Assembly (NCBI GenBank): GCA_028534125.1
Contig: CM052816.1
Coordinates: 24,430,001-24,494,000, forward strand
DNA from: Lama glama
Taxonomy: Eukaryota
Length of the DNA: 64,000 bases
Reading direction: 5' to 3'
In this document: positions 52,149-64,000 of the stretch, one piece after another
Layout: every line of letters starts with the position of its first letter
Numbering within the stretch: position 1 is the first letter of the stretch
Notes under the pieces: model-generated
The model's input: only the letters and a program-made list of their open reading frames with translations
Database searches by the model: none
What the model was told of the DNA's origin: nothing
Position numbers and translations under genes: made by a program

Positions 52149-54499
52149 CAGTTATTCATTTGCAGTGGTCTTTTTTTTTTCTTTTCCTCATGATTCAAAT
52201 GAGTTCCGCTGATTTTATCTCTTAAATCTCTTTCAATCACATCTGTTTTTTGGTAAGTCCAGGTAATATATGAATATTTTAATTTCATAATTAAGAAAAG
52301 AGACCCAAGAAAAAGATAAGAATGCCAAACTATTTTAAAAGGTAATGGATTCAAATTAGATGCAGCTAAGAATCTGTAACTAAAATTAGACAGGGAGATA
52401 AAATACGGCATTTCATTCAAAACAGAGTTGTAAATTACTTTCTCAAGTCACAGTTACTGTGCTTATTTCTCTTTCCTCCTCTGTTACCTGAAGGAGAATG
52501 GGTGCTTTCAAGGAACCCCCTGGATGAGATGGGAACACTGGGAAGTCAAATTGATGTCAGAGTAGTCTATTTAAAGAGTGCTACCCAGGGAACTATGAAT
52601 GAATTTTGAATTATACCCAAAGGACTTCATTTTCTAATTTGGTTCCACAAAAGTGTACTGAAAACTGGCTATGTAATGGCTCTGCACTTGAAGCAGTGGA
52701 GGTTGTGAAGGAAAACAAAACCAGACCCTACTTTTATGGAAAAAGTTTCAAAGGAGAATTGAGGTGTAGTAGGAAAAGCGGCACATGTGTAAGAAAGCTC
52801 AAGCTTTTCCAGGTAATTACGTTAGAGTCGGATGTGTGAAATAGGTACTAGGAAATTAAGGCTGCAAAATGCAAATTTGAGCTTAGTTTTAAGAGAGGCC
52901 AGTCTTCGGTTACACATAATCATATATGCAATAGGAAACCACTGAGAAGGTTTGAGCAGAAATTAATATGATGAGAAATGGATTTTAAATGCCCAGTCTA
53001 TTAGCATGTCTAAGATGTACTGAGGCTGGAAAGGCAGTTTAGAATCTAATGCTCAGTGTCAGTGAGAGAGTTTGAACTAAGTGACAGTGGCCCTAGAAAG
53101 GAATGAAAACCTTGTGTATCTTGAATAAACATAAACTGGCAAATAATTGGCTTTAGAAGATAAAAGGTGGATGGGATGTAGGGGCAGATAGTGTTGAGAT
53201 TTTAAGTCTGGGTGATCCTTAAAGCATATCCTAGACATCTTATGGGACCAGGTCTTGGATCCTTCCACATGTCCTCTGTTGGTCTGATACCTTTGTATGT
53301 AAGGAGACATGAGTTTTTCCACAGATTCTCAGCAGAGAAATCCAGCAATGCCTTAGCTCTCGGTGCTTAAGGAAATAGCCATTCCCCTTATGCAATAATA
53401 GGAGTGCAAGGAATCAATAGTCCAACACTGGGAGCCAGGTTTGTGGGGAGCTGACCAGAGCCAAACGCCTGGTAAAGAGGCTGAGGAGATCATCTGCCTT
53501 TTCTGTCCCTTAAAGTGACTTACCAGATGTCATTGCTCGAGCTGCAGCTCCCTAGAACTTGACAGAAGTTTGCATGGCTATTCAGAAAGACAACCCAACA
53601 GCTTAGAATGAATCCAGCAGCTCCTCCAACCTCTGAGAACCGCTTGTCATCCTCACCTGTGAGAAAATCAGCCTAATGAAAATATGCATATTCTACAATG
53701 GGTAAGACTAAAGGCAGCCCAGGAAAAGGTCAGAGAAAGTGCCAGATACTTTCCAGTGCCTTCCTTATCTACATTTGTCCTACCTTTCTTACACAAACAC
53801 CAGGAGATTAGTTAAATACCCTTCACAGTAAAAAAAAAGAAAGAAAGAAAAAAAAAAAACCTATATGATTCAGACACAGAATGTCAGACACAGAATGTTT
53901 ACCATGGAAATAGAATTATCTGTAGTAGCCTGCAGAAATTTTTCTTTGATAATTTTGTGCCCTCTAAATGACTTTCTTTAGGTTTGCTAATTTTTTAAAA
54001 AATAATTACTGAAACCAGTAAACAAAGTTTTATTGAAACTAAGCCATGCCTATTTGTGAAGGAAACAAAATTTCCATCAGCCTATAGCTTACTGTCGGAT
54101 TCAGTCTCAGCCCGGGCCATGCGTCATTGACATAGCCATGGCCAAGTGCCCTGGAGTGTTTCTTGCCTTGCCAAACACAGCCATTTCCCACTGGGCTCAC
54201 TTGGCCCCATTTCCCCTTCCTCTGAAACAAATCATCCCCAATTACTGCCTCAAATGAATGGAGTATTTGAGCTGTTTGAGGTAACTGGACCATATCTAGA
54301 GCCAAAAGCAAAAAATCTAGTGTCTTTGACTCATCTCCAAATATTGAAGTCCAATAATAAAATATACTCTGTGATTAAAGGGTTTACTATAAGTTAAGTT
54401 TAGTGCAATATTTAATGCACTAAAGATCTGTGCTCCCACTTCTCCTGACCTATAAAGAGCATTGCTCTACATTCCTTAAAGAGATTTGATTTTAATGCA

Positions 54500-55255
54500 A
54501 TACAGGTCAGAGCAGTGTTCCCTAGATGTGATTAATACTGTCTCCCAAATGCCCACCATGCTTTGTACTTTTTTCTTAGTGGTAGGAGGCACAAGGTGCA
54601 ATAATTTGCCCTTTACCAGAAAGGAGAAGTCCTGCTATGCACCAGAACATTGTGCTCTCAAAAACGTCACCAATGTGGCGGGCTTCTTCTTTTTTTTAGG
54701 ATTCATCTCCCACCTTCTTAAGTGCATGTGTCTTACCAGCATCCCAGCGTCCTTACCATTTCCTTCATATCAGGTTCACTGAACATGATGGCATGGATAT
54801 CGTGGACCAATATGCAATTCTCTGGAATGGCTACATGATCCACGGCCCTGTGGACTACATTATGACAGACGTAGGAGAGTCAAAGAAACCTTGAGGTAAA
54901 GTTGTGAATGTGTAGTATTGTTCCTTCCTTATGAATGCACATAGCTTATGATTCACCTTTCTGATGGGAGTAGAAAAGAATATGCTGGTTATGGCTGCAC
55001 AGCACAGATCAAAGTATGTTAATCTGTTCTGATAAAGAGCTCACCTTCAATCAAGCATCTTTAGTTGGGGCTACTATTTGACTGAGTTTCAGGTAGTCCC
55101 TGTCTTGTGCCACAATTCGTTTGGTTTTTGAAGAGGTCAAGCTGTTGAATGAAGTGGGGCTATGTGGGAACGACTGTCTCTCCATCCCTTAAGTCCTTGA
55201 GGAGGGCACCAATGTCTGCCATTCCCCCTAGGATACAATATTGTTTTCATAGTAT
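54500..55255 (-). mobile_element. Decayed ERVL pol (reverse transcriptase) internal fragment
   Basis: The minus strand, read across frameshifts, gives colinear ERVL RT motifs: KQYCILGGMADIGALLKDLRD, DYLKLSQIVAP, FFSTPIRK, YTFTTLPQG, CHNVVHR, LVHDIHAIMF (degenerate LVHYIDDIML), LVRHMHLRRWEMNP, KLLHLVPPTTKK. Confidence 0.85.
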
Positions 55256-55531
55256 TGCTGCTTATTTGTTTGCATTTTTAACTTTTTATTTTGAAACAAC
55301 TATAGACTCCCAAGAAGTGGCAAAAATCGTACAAGCCTTCCTGTGAACTAAGCCTTCCCCTGTTTTCCTCCTGCATGTTAATTGCCAGCATTATTGCTCA
55401 ATTTCATGCAGCCTCTTCCACCCATGTTTTGTCCCAGTTTGCTGCAGGTTAAAATTTTAGCAATGGCACCACCCCAAGTGCAAGTCAAGGATTAATAATA
55501 GTTTGTGCACCACCAATGATGAGATTCTCAT

Positions 55532-55544
55532 TGCCATCTAGTGG
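55532..55544 (-). promoter_or_regulatory. CTCF-like motif
   Basis: Minus strand reads CCACTAGATGGCA, matching the core consensus CCASYAGRKGGCR. Binding is not demonstrable from sequence. Confidence 0.55.
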
Positions 55545-55604
55545 AGGAGTTATCCATTGCCAAATCTGGATCTAGTAGGTTTCCTGGGACCATTTCTGTC
55601 ACCA

Positions 55605-56045
55605 GTTGTCTTAGATTATGTTCCCTGTGAGCAGAGCCTGAGGTAGGAATTCCTGCTTAAATGATCTAAGGAGAAACCTACTGGGGACTGAAACAGCAGG
55701 GGATGAAGTTCCCTGAGACAGGACTTTAGGAGAAGTCTAGTCTCAGCCTGATCCCATGGGAAGCCCTGAATCTCGAATTGCACCACAAAAGTTTGTTCCA
55801 CCCAGAGGTGAAGAGGCCACTACATCCTTTCATCACTTAGTCTTTGTCCACGGCCCTCCCCTAGGTAGACGACATAGCTTACCTTTAGGACCACTGCCAG
55901 GTGAGGAGGCTCCTGCCAGCCAAGGGCAATTCCCTATAAAAGGACAAAGGCCTGAGTCATGAGCAGCCAACATTCACAGCGTGCAGGGGATGAATGCACA
56001 GCCTCTGAAGGGCACATGGGCAGGGCACCCAGCAGCATCTGCTGT
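55605..56045. mobile_element. Ancient MLT1 (H/J-like) LTR
   Basis: tgtcttagattatgttccctgtgagcagagcctgagg...gcctgatcccatgggaagccctgaa...cagggcacccagcagcatctgctgta. Confidence 0.65.
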
Positions 56046-57529
56046 ACCTCCTCGAGGAGATGATACAGTTGAAAAACTGAACGATGAGGAAGCATCTCTG
56101 GGAAAATCTTGGCAAGAACATTCCAGGTAGTTCTGAGATGGGAACTAACTCAGCATGTTTGAAGTGCAGAAAGAAGGCCAGAGCCAGTGGGATGGGGTGA
56201 AGGAGGCAAGGAAGACAGAGACTGAGCTTGTGAATCTGAAGGAGCAGCACCAAACAGACAGGAGCTGGCTTTGACTCTGACTACCGCTTCCTCAAGGCAC
56301 TTTACACCTTCAAAGCATGTTAATAATGATACTTGGTTTTGCACTGAGGAATCTGAGTTAGTGACATGATTTGAAATGTTATTCCTGCTTTCATTAAAAA
56401 TACACACCCACATATCGGCTCACAGCTCATTCCAGATGTATCATATCTTAGATATAAATGTCATCAGATCGTGGGTATCATGCTGTCAAGAATTTGCATA
56501 AGGTAACAAGGAGGTCCAGTCTTGACTTTGGGTGCTTTATTTCTTTCTTCATAACTAGGCTACACTAAAATGAACCATCTTTGAAAGGGAAACAGATTAG
56601 TCACACTAAGTGGCTTTCTTAAAATACTTCACCATAAAAAACATTGCATCTCTTGCTACTTCCTACACCACACATTGACTTCTTCCCCCTCTGCATTATT
56701 ATGTCTTTCAAGTAGAAAGTGTTTTATAACATTTCTTGGAGGTTTAAAATGGCTCTCATAGTGCCTTACTGACCTCATTTGTAAAGGTAACTACCAAGTG
56801 CAACTCAGCTCCTTCCCCCTGCAGGTTGACCGCATCTCTGTGTGCTCGAGCCCTGCTTGTGCACTTCATTCACCCCAATAAACACTGTCTTGAGGGAGCC
56901 CCGTTTCCCATAGCATTGATCCTAATTGGGGCTCCTCACCTGGATTTATTTTCAAATAAGTTTATCTCTTAATCTCCAATTTATAATTATTGCCAGATAA
57001 TTAATTTTTCTTAAACTGTCGTGATCATTAACATAACTTCCTATAGTAATCTACCTCAATCACTGATTTGGGGATTTAAAGACCTCAGTGAGCTAGATTC
57101 CCTTTCCTAAGATTACCTTCTTTTATTCCCACCAGAAAAAATTTTCCCTGCCACGGATATTCTCACCATTCCATAAAGAGAGCAGCTTTCCCCTTCCTCA
57201 TTGCCTCCATTATGTTTTTCCCATGTGTAGAAAGTCCTCTCTAGTTCTTATTAGCTCACATCTTACCCATTGCTCAAATCCTGCGTCCTCCTGGAATCCA
57301 CCCTGATTTCCTTGACTCCCTAAAGCTCCTCTCGCCTCTGAAAGGTAGCAACAACAGAGAACTAATTCCCTAGTATTCATATAAATGCAACATGATCTTG
57401 ATCTTCCAATACCAGGATGATGATAAACCTTGCTGTACTTGCAAAAAAATTCTCTTAGCTCTCCAGAAAGACCAAAGGATGAGCAAGTTTATTTTCCTGA
57501 TCAAAGGAAGGACAAAGTTGTCACAGCTC

Positions 57530-57762
57530 ATTGCTGGGGGAATTAAGCATGTCCTGTATAACTCCTCTGAAAGAGGACTCCTGGAAATCAGTGCCCGCTT
57601 TCTCTTGGTCTTCATCCCATGTGCCTTTTTCTTTTGCTGACTTTGCTCTGCATCCATTTGTTGTAATAAATCATGGCCATGAGTATGACTATATGCTGAG
57701 TCTTGCAAATCCTCCTAGTGAATTATTGAACCTGGAGACGGTCTTGGGGACCTCTAACACAC
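57530..57762 (+). mobile_element. MER21-like LTR 3' part
   Basis: ctgggggaattaagcatgtcc...gtaataaatcatggccatgagtatgactatatgctgagtc...ggtcttggggacctctaacaca. Confidence 0.75.
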
Positions 57763-57764
57763 AA

Positions 57765-58200
57765 GTCAAATACCTTCAATGGGTGAATGAGTAGACAAAT
57801 TGTGGTACATCCATACAGTGAAATACTCTACAGCAATAAAAAGGAACTACTGATACAAACAACAAATTGGATGGATCCCAAGGGCATTACTCTTGGTGAC
57901 AAAAGCCAGTCTCAAAGGGGTGCATACTGTATGATTCTACTTAAATCACATTCATGAAGTGACAACATTAAGGTAATGGGAAACAGATCAGTAGTAGTAG
58001 ATCCAAAGGAAAGGTGTGCCTATTAAGGAATAATAGGAGAGAGTTTCTCTGTGGTAACAGAAAAGTTGTGCATGCTGATGTTCGTGATGGTTAGTTGAAA
58101 CTACACTTGTGTTAAAATTTCACAGACCAAAAAAAAAAAGACTATACACCAAAAGAAAAAAGACTGCATGTAAAAACTGACAAAAACCAAATAAATTGTA
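57765..58200 (+). mobile_element. L1MC-like 3' end
   Basis: caaattgtggtacatccatacagtgaaatactct...aaaagccagtctcaaaagg...gcatactgtatgattc-type L1M 3' sequence. Confidence 0.8.
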
Positions 58201-58258
58201 CATCCCTGTAGCTGAGAGGGTACACAAGAAAACATACATGTGGTTTTTTTGGGTATAG

Positions 58259-58308
58259 GTGTGTGTGTGCATATGCATAAGAGAGAGCGAGCGAGCGAGC
58301 GAGCGAGA
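58259..58308 (+). repeat. Compound microsatellite (GT)n-(GA)n-(GAGC)n
   Basis: gtgtgtgtgtg...gagagagcgagcgagcgagcgagcgaga. Confidence 0.85.
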
Positions 58309-59376
58309 ACAAAAAGTCCCAGTGATTCCTTTGTGGAGTTATACTGAACAGAAGACAGTATACTTTTCTCCTTCTGATGATCTTCAGGAAAAAAACTCCT
58401 GTGATTTCAAAGCCTCTGCCAATTCTTCATCCTACTGATGGGAGAAACTAGGTGTAAATCACTTTTTTGTATTGTTTCGTTAAGAAGAGCATCTGAAGGA
58501 ACTTTCTTGGTGCAAAGATCCAGAGAACCTAAAGTACTTTCTTTGTGGTGGGCAAGACTCATCTATGAACTCAGGCCCACCTAAATCCAAAGTTCATGCT
58601 CTCTGAAGCGCTTTACTGATGGTTTTTAATTTGCCCCTAGAAAAGATGTTTTCCTATTTAAACGTGTACTCCCTTGTATTCTTCTTTTCAATTTTCAAAT
58701 TTTTACATATCAGATGAAGTTCCTCTGTGGCTCAGTAAAGTGCAAGTTACTGATGAGGATAACCAAAGGGTTTAAGCTCCCCTTTGTAGACAGAATATGC
58801 TATTTGAAAATTCAGCAATTACAGAGGCACTGACGTTTTGCTACTTCTGATGTCTATAATACCACAATATCTCTAACAGGTAAAGACAAAGATTTCCCTT
58901 ATTTAAAAAGTGCAAACCAACAAAACGTTAAAAAAAAAAAAAAAAGCTTTTTTTTTTTAAGCAACACAACAGAGACCTCTTCTGGTCAAGAAGTAGAAGT
59001 CTTAGGCAGAGAACCAACTTGAAAAAGGTTAAGGTGGAGAGAGCAGGTAAAGGAGAAAATAGAATATGAAATAGGTTTCACGGGAGAGTTGACACCTGTG
59101 TTGGATTTGGAACTCTGACAGCAGAACAGAGAGGAGAGCATTCCACAAATGGGGAACCAGGATCAAAGCCATGTCCGCTGTAGAGAATTTAAGAAGATAT
59201 AAGAAATAAGAATAATTTCTTAATTCTGCCATCCAAAAATAATTCTATAAACATTTTGATGCACTGGCTTCCAGCATTGTTTTCTAGCCATATGCATTCT
59301 TTTTTATCCACACAACTGGTTATACATCCTGACTTTTCATCCAGTGTGCTATCACACACATTTTGCCACATTCTCC

Positions 59377-59877
59377 TTTTTTTCATTTTAAGAGTTTTGA
59401 ATGAAAGTTGTATATAAGATTACTTTCTTCTTGCATCTTCTCAATTGTTCCTTCCTTATTTCTGTCCTTTCCCTTTCCCACTTGGTGAGATCTGGCTTTA
59501 CATTCAAGGATCTTTTGGGGGTCTTTGTACAGTTTTAGTCGTGATAACCACCTTATTGGGGCAAACGCCCATGTGGACAGCTGTGCCTTCTCCCGCTGCC
59601 TTGTTCAGCAGAGATGACATACTTCTTCCCGTCAGCCTGGACTGCACTGCCAACTTGCTGCCCTTTTGGTGCCCTCGCCCAACCTGAACTCATCATCCTT
59701 TCAGATGGGCATGGATTGAACACTGTACTTGTGTCTCAGCTCTTTGAAAAAAAGAGAGGAAGACATAATCTTCCCGTGAATGTGGGAAGGTGCATTGACA
59801 TGCTTCTTCTGGTTCTTGCTTTCATCAGAAGCCACAAAGGGATTGAACTTCATTTTGGCTGCCAGCGTTTCAGCGTC
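59377..59877 (-). pseudogene. RPL26: Processed pseudogene of 60S ribosomal protein L26
   Basis: ATG at 59853 gives [50 protein letters not shown], against RPL26 [50 protein letters not shown]. Similarity continues through frameshifts to ...TIEKMQE. Intronless, with short 5' and 3' UTRs, an A-tail remnant at 59377-59383 and TSD ttttg(g)ccacattct at 59361-59374 and 59878-59892. SHI and TIEK favour RPL26 over RPL26L1. Confidence 0.95.
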
Positions 59878-61285
59878 TTTTGGCCACATTCTTAAAAGAA
59901 GAAAAAGATGTTTCCTGAGGGCCAGGTTTCTTTTGGTAAATCATGCAAAAGCCAGAGGAGTTTCAGTGAATAATTTTGTAGTACCACAACCCCAGTTATG
60001 CACTTAGATGCACACAGCTTGGGGAGTAAAGCACTGGCTGCCTTCCAGCTGCTGCTCATCTTCTCTGCTGGACTCCCCTATGTGGGGGACACCTATTCAC
60101 CTGCTCTGGGTGGTCCCTCAGCCTGCCTGAAAGCTAATTAGTAACAGTCAAATATGATAACCAGAATTCTCAGTATGTGAAAATATTATCTATTGGCATT
60201 TTTGACCTGGGGAATCCCAGAGATCTCCCACCTAGGCCAAGATGCAGCATGATATTTCTGCCCTCTTGCAAGGAAATTTACAGTCTCAAACTAACCCATT
60301 GTGGAGAGGGGGAGCTTTGAAAGGAGGAGGCCAAAAGCACAATTACATTTAAGAGAGTGAAATTACATGAGGAACAATCTGAAAGAGAATCACTCACTGG
60401 GAAATAACTTAGGGGTCACACAAAATTAGAGAAAAGTAAGTAGAAAGACAGAATAACTGATACCACAGGGTGATAAGACTCACTAAGTCAGACCTCGCTA
60501 TTTGCACAACTGGATGTGAACAGTATAATCAGACGTTTTCATGAAGCAAGAACCAAGCACTGTACGTTGTTCAGTGCAACTCCTCTGTTCACAATTATTT
60601 CCCCCATTTTATTCCTAGAGATATAGAAAGACCCTACTCAGCTGAACTTCTGCAGCTCCAGGTATCCCTTTGCAGAGCACTGACCCTCTTCAGGACGTCC
60701 TGCAGTGGTCCCATGCCTCATTGCTCTGAAACTGGGCCTCAGGCGTCACCTTGAATTTTAAATTCTAGCTGAGTGACACAGACACAAAGAAGTATCTCCA
60801 ATTTTAACTTGAAGACTTTGGTGAAAATTATCCCATTGCCAGTCAAATTTTCCTTTGTCTTCCACAGAAGAGAAAATAATGGAGAAATATTTGACAGGAA
60901 CAGAGTCCTGCCAATACTTACCCTTGAGGAGAAGTGGGTTAATTGGCTCAGGCATATTTTAGCAGCAAGGTAGGAGATTGTAGCAAGCAAAAATCTTTGA
61001 CTTATCCTGAATAGCTTTTAGAAGTTCAGAACTACCTGCTTTTTCTTTCTTAAATAAGACATATAAAATAACTCTTTTGCGGGGTCCTCCCACCAATTTC
61101 TCAAGTTTGGACTGAACTGGAGAGTCAAATGACATAATTACATAAATATTTCACTGTTCTTTTTCCTCACATACCTTTACTTAGGTTCCAGTACTTCTCA
61201 GGTGAGGAAACAGACTTATTCTAGCATCTCTTCTAATTCTTCTGACTGGAGTGTATGTTTTCTCGAGAACTTGGATCTAAAGAAC

Positions 61286-61866
61286 TGAAGAATTAATAAA
61301 ATGGCTGCATTTAGGCTAACAGATGGCTTATTTTTATGCTTGCCCTTAAAACGGTTAACTAACCTGATTGACCGGTTGCTACTTACAGCTCCAGGCTCGT
61401 TGTTAAATAAAGCTATTGATTTTACCATTTCTGCTTTATTCCAGTAATCAAAAGTAATAATCATACTTGGTTTCTAAGTTGTTCTCCAGGGAGAAGGTCA
61501 TGGAACCGTAACCTTACAAAATTGCCTGAATTATCAAGACCATGCCTTGGGCACTTAGGAGATAAAGAGATTGAAAAAGTAAAAGTAACCTCCACAGAAC
61601 TGGTTGCCTGGGGTATCATGACGCCATTCCAAGTCTTATGATGAGAAAATAATTCTGTTGGTTGCTATTGTTTTGTTTGAGCTATGCCTATATAATCACC
61701 CTACCCCATTCCCAAGGTGGGTTCACAGTTTTGAAGGCACTAGCCTGCTCTGAGTCCCCTTTACCCAGCAAAGTAATAAAGCTGCCTCTTTTCTTCTAAG
61801 CTCCAAGATCCTGCCTCTGAGTTTCAATTTGGCTCATCAGAGACAGGGGCTAATCTTTTGGCAACA
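61286..61866 (+). mobile_element. ERV1-type solo LTR
   Basis: TG...CA termini (tgaagaatt...ttggcaaca), 4-bp TSD gaac on both sides, TATATAA ~61689, AATAAA ~61775. Confidence 0.82.
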
Positions 61867-61907
61867 GAACCACGGGATTCCTTAGAATTATTTTTAAGTG
61901 TAAGGCT

Positions 61908-62900
61908 AGAGTTCCACTTTCAGCATGACAAATATGAGCAGCTCTGCAGACTCCCTACTCAGAAAAATCAGTGATAATTATAAAGGGACAAATATCTGAA
62001 GTCTCTGGACATGGTCCTGGGTGCATACAGCAAACAAAGAAATATTTATTTGAGAAAATCTCCTAAAGTTCAGTGAATGCTGAGGTGTTTGAACCAGGAC
62101 CCACCTCTCCCCTTCCCCCTCCCAGCTCACCACCAGGAAAACTCTACGCCAGACTGGTGCAGCCAAGAGCACAGGGTTCCTCTCCCCACAGCTCTCAGCT
62201 GGAGGGTTGTCTTTCTAGGAAGGGGCAGGACATCAGCATCTCATCCTGATTCTAGCTGCCTGTTTCTGAGGCTGAGTCCCACACAAGTGTGGCCAAAAGG
62301 TAGGGGACTCCTGTTACCAAAAAATCTGCTTCTGCACCCCAAAAGGTGAATTCAAAGAGAGTTTGGCAGCAAACAAAAGAGCAACTTAATTGCTTTGCCA
62401 GGCAAAGGGTAGTCACAGCAGGCTCATGGCTTAGTAACTGTGAATCCATCTTGGGGTTGGGGTCTTGAGGTTTCATAGAAAAACCAGATGGAACAGAAAA
62501 GGTGGTAACAATCAGGGCATTTTACAGGTTCATCTTGATAGGAACTTGCTGTTGTTATGGAGGAATTTAGAAGGGTCTGTTCATTTTCTTGAGGTTCAGT
62601 CTATGACCTTCTCTCAAGACCTTTACGGTAAAAAAGGGTAAGTTATTCTAAGAAAACAGTGCACAGGGAGGGGAGCCTGTTAGTCATAACATCAGTTTAG
62701 CTAAAAGTACAGGCCTGAACAACTCAATAGCCATCTTGTTAGTTTTCCACTCTTTCACTCCCTTCTGCTCAGCCCCAATTCATGTTTTAGAAGCTCTGCT
62801 TTGGGCAGAGACTTCTGAGAACACTGGGTCCCCAATTCCCCTTGCCCTAGATCATAAGGTGATGGTTCCACACTGGGAGAAGCAAGCTGAGATGGGAGGC
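61908..62900 (+). mobile_element. Ancient L1M 5' UTR fragment, interrupted by an LTR
   Basis: gagttccactttcagcatgac...gcagctctgcagactccctactcag...tctgaagtctctgga resembles L1M 5' ends. Confidence 0.5.
62312..62757 (-). mobile_element. ERV1-type solo LTR
   Basis: Termini tgttacc...tctttca with 4-bp TSD ctcc. The reverse complement shares ttcacagtt...agcctgct...ccctttgcctggcaaagcaat with the LTR at 61286-61866. Confidence 0.8.
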
Positions 62901-63478
62901 TGAAACCAAGCAGGACCCTGTGGGACCTTCTCCACTATAAAAGCTCCTTCATGTCCCTCGTTTCTTATTTGTAGAAAAAGGCTTTTAGTCTCAGAGGCCT
63001 TCCTGAGTTCCAAAGAGCAGGCACAAGCAGTTACTAATTAGCGACGTGAAGGAATGTAGAAACAAAGGAAAAACAGTCAAGGAACAGCAGTTTAGTCATA
63101 AAACAGAGTCCTAGTTCCTCCTCAAGGGATATACATATGACTCATACCTTTGAGTTATTCTGCAGGAACTAAGACCCTCACCCGGGGCAGGGTGCACACA
63201 GACCCTAGACTGGCTGGAACCAGGTTGATGATTATGATTCCTGAAACACCACCCTGTTACCTACCACCAACCAATCAGAAGAAAGCTGTATCCCCTCTAA
63301 TCTCACCCCAAATGTTGCCTTTAAAAACCCTTCCTGAAAGCCATCAAGGAGTTTGGGTCTTTTAAGCATGAGCTTCCCATTCTCCTTGCTTGGCACCTGC
63401 AATAAATACTGTACTTTCCTTCACGACAACCTGGTGTCAGTAAATTGGCAAGTGGACTCAAGTTCAGTTTAGTATAAC
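62901..63478 (+). mobile_element. ERV1-type LTR
   Basis: Starts tgaaaccaagcaggaccctgtggg; CCAAT ~63271, TATA-like ctttaaaaaccc, AATAAA 63401, U5-like tgtcagtaaattggc...tcaagttcagtttagtataac. Confidence 0.75.
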
Positions 63479-63684
63479 CTAAATTGTCTTCTTTAATCAT
63501 TTTTTAACTGAGTGTGTGTGTGTATGTGTGTGTACATTTACCTTATTTATGCTTTCTTTACAGATCTTTATACACTGATGATAGGTGGACAGCTGTATCT
63601 TTTTTTGTAATCATTTCCTTGATGCTGTTATCAGATACGAACACTTGGCTGAATGAAGCATAGCTCAGACCCATTATGGTCTTT

Positions 63685-64000
63685 TAAAAAAAATTGTGGC
63701 AAAATGTATGACATAAAGTTCACAATTTTTATCCTTTTTGAGTGTACAATTCAGTGGCATTAAGTACATTCACCCTATTGTGTAACCATCCACCTACAGA
63801 ACTTTTCATGTCAAACTGAAACTCTGCACCCATTAAATGGTAACTCCTCATTCTCCCCTCCTCTCCAGCCTTTGGTAAATACTATTCTTTCTTTCTTTCT
63901 CCAAGAATTTGACTATTCTAGGTATCTCATACAAGTGGAATCATACATTTGTCCTTTTGTGTCCAGTTTACTCACTTAGCATGTTTTCAGGGTTCCTTCA
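63685..64000 (-). mobile_element. L1MA/MB 3' end
   Basis: gtgtacaattcagtggcattaagtacattcac...gactattctaggtatctcatacaagtggaatcatac. Confidence 0.88.

Noticed and set aside
54774..54895. Plus-strand exon-like segment (pyrimidine tract-CAG ... AG|GTAAAG)
   Set aside because: All three frames hit stops, and the sequence is explained as the antisense of the ERVL pol fragment.
1600..64000. A novel multi-gene or defence-type system
   Set aside because: No additional intact genes, arrays or operon-like organisation were seen. The region is explained by mammalian repeats, one pseudogene and unique non-coding DNA.

Overview
Mammalian, non-microbial genomic DNA. It is most likely from a camelid, because there are at least 8 copies of a tRNA-derived SINE resembling the camelid Vic-1 family. 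The only functional protein-coding sequence I can support is the first coding exon of LMNB1 (lamin B1) on the minus strand (CDS 589-231, phase-2 GT donor at 230), inside a CpG-island promoter. The remaining ~62 kb is repeat-rich intergenic DNA upstream of LMNB1. It holds a degenerate processed RPL26 pseudogene with target-site duplications (TSDs), a decayed ERVL pol/RT fragment, MaLR/ERV solo LTRs, old and young L1 pieces, DNA-transposon MITEs and one 500-N assembly gap. I found no evidence of a novel multi-gene system. The most interesting observations are an AUG-initiated uORF in the likely LMNB1 5' UTR, an orphan CpG-rich element with paired inverted E2F sites ~23 kb upstream, a strong CTCF-like motif at ~55.5 kb, L1 3' transductions, ultra-short retro-insertion scars, and an inverted ~120-bp repeat pair 2.5 kb apart. 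Repeat family names are recognised by eye, not by a database search.
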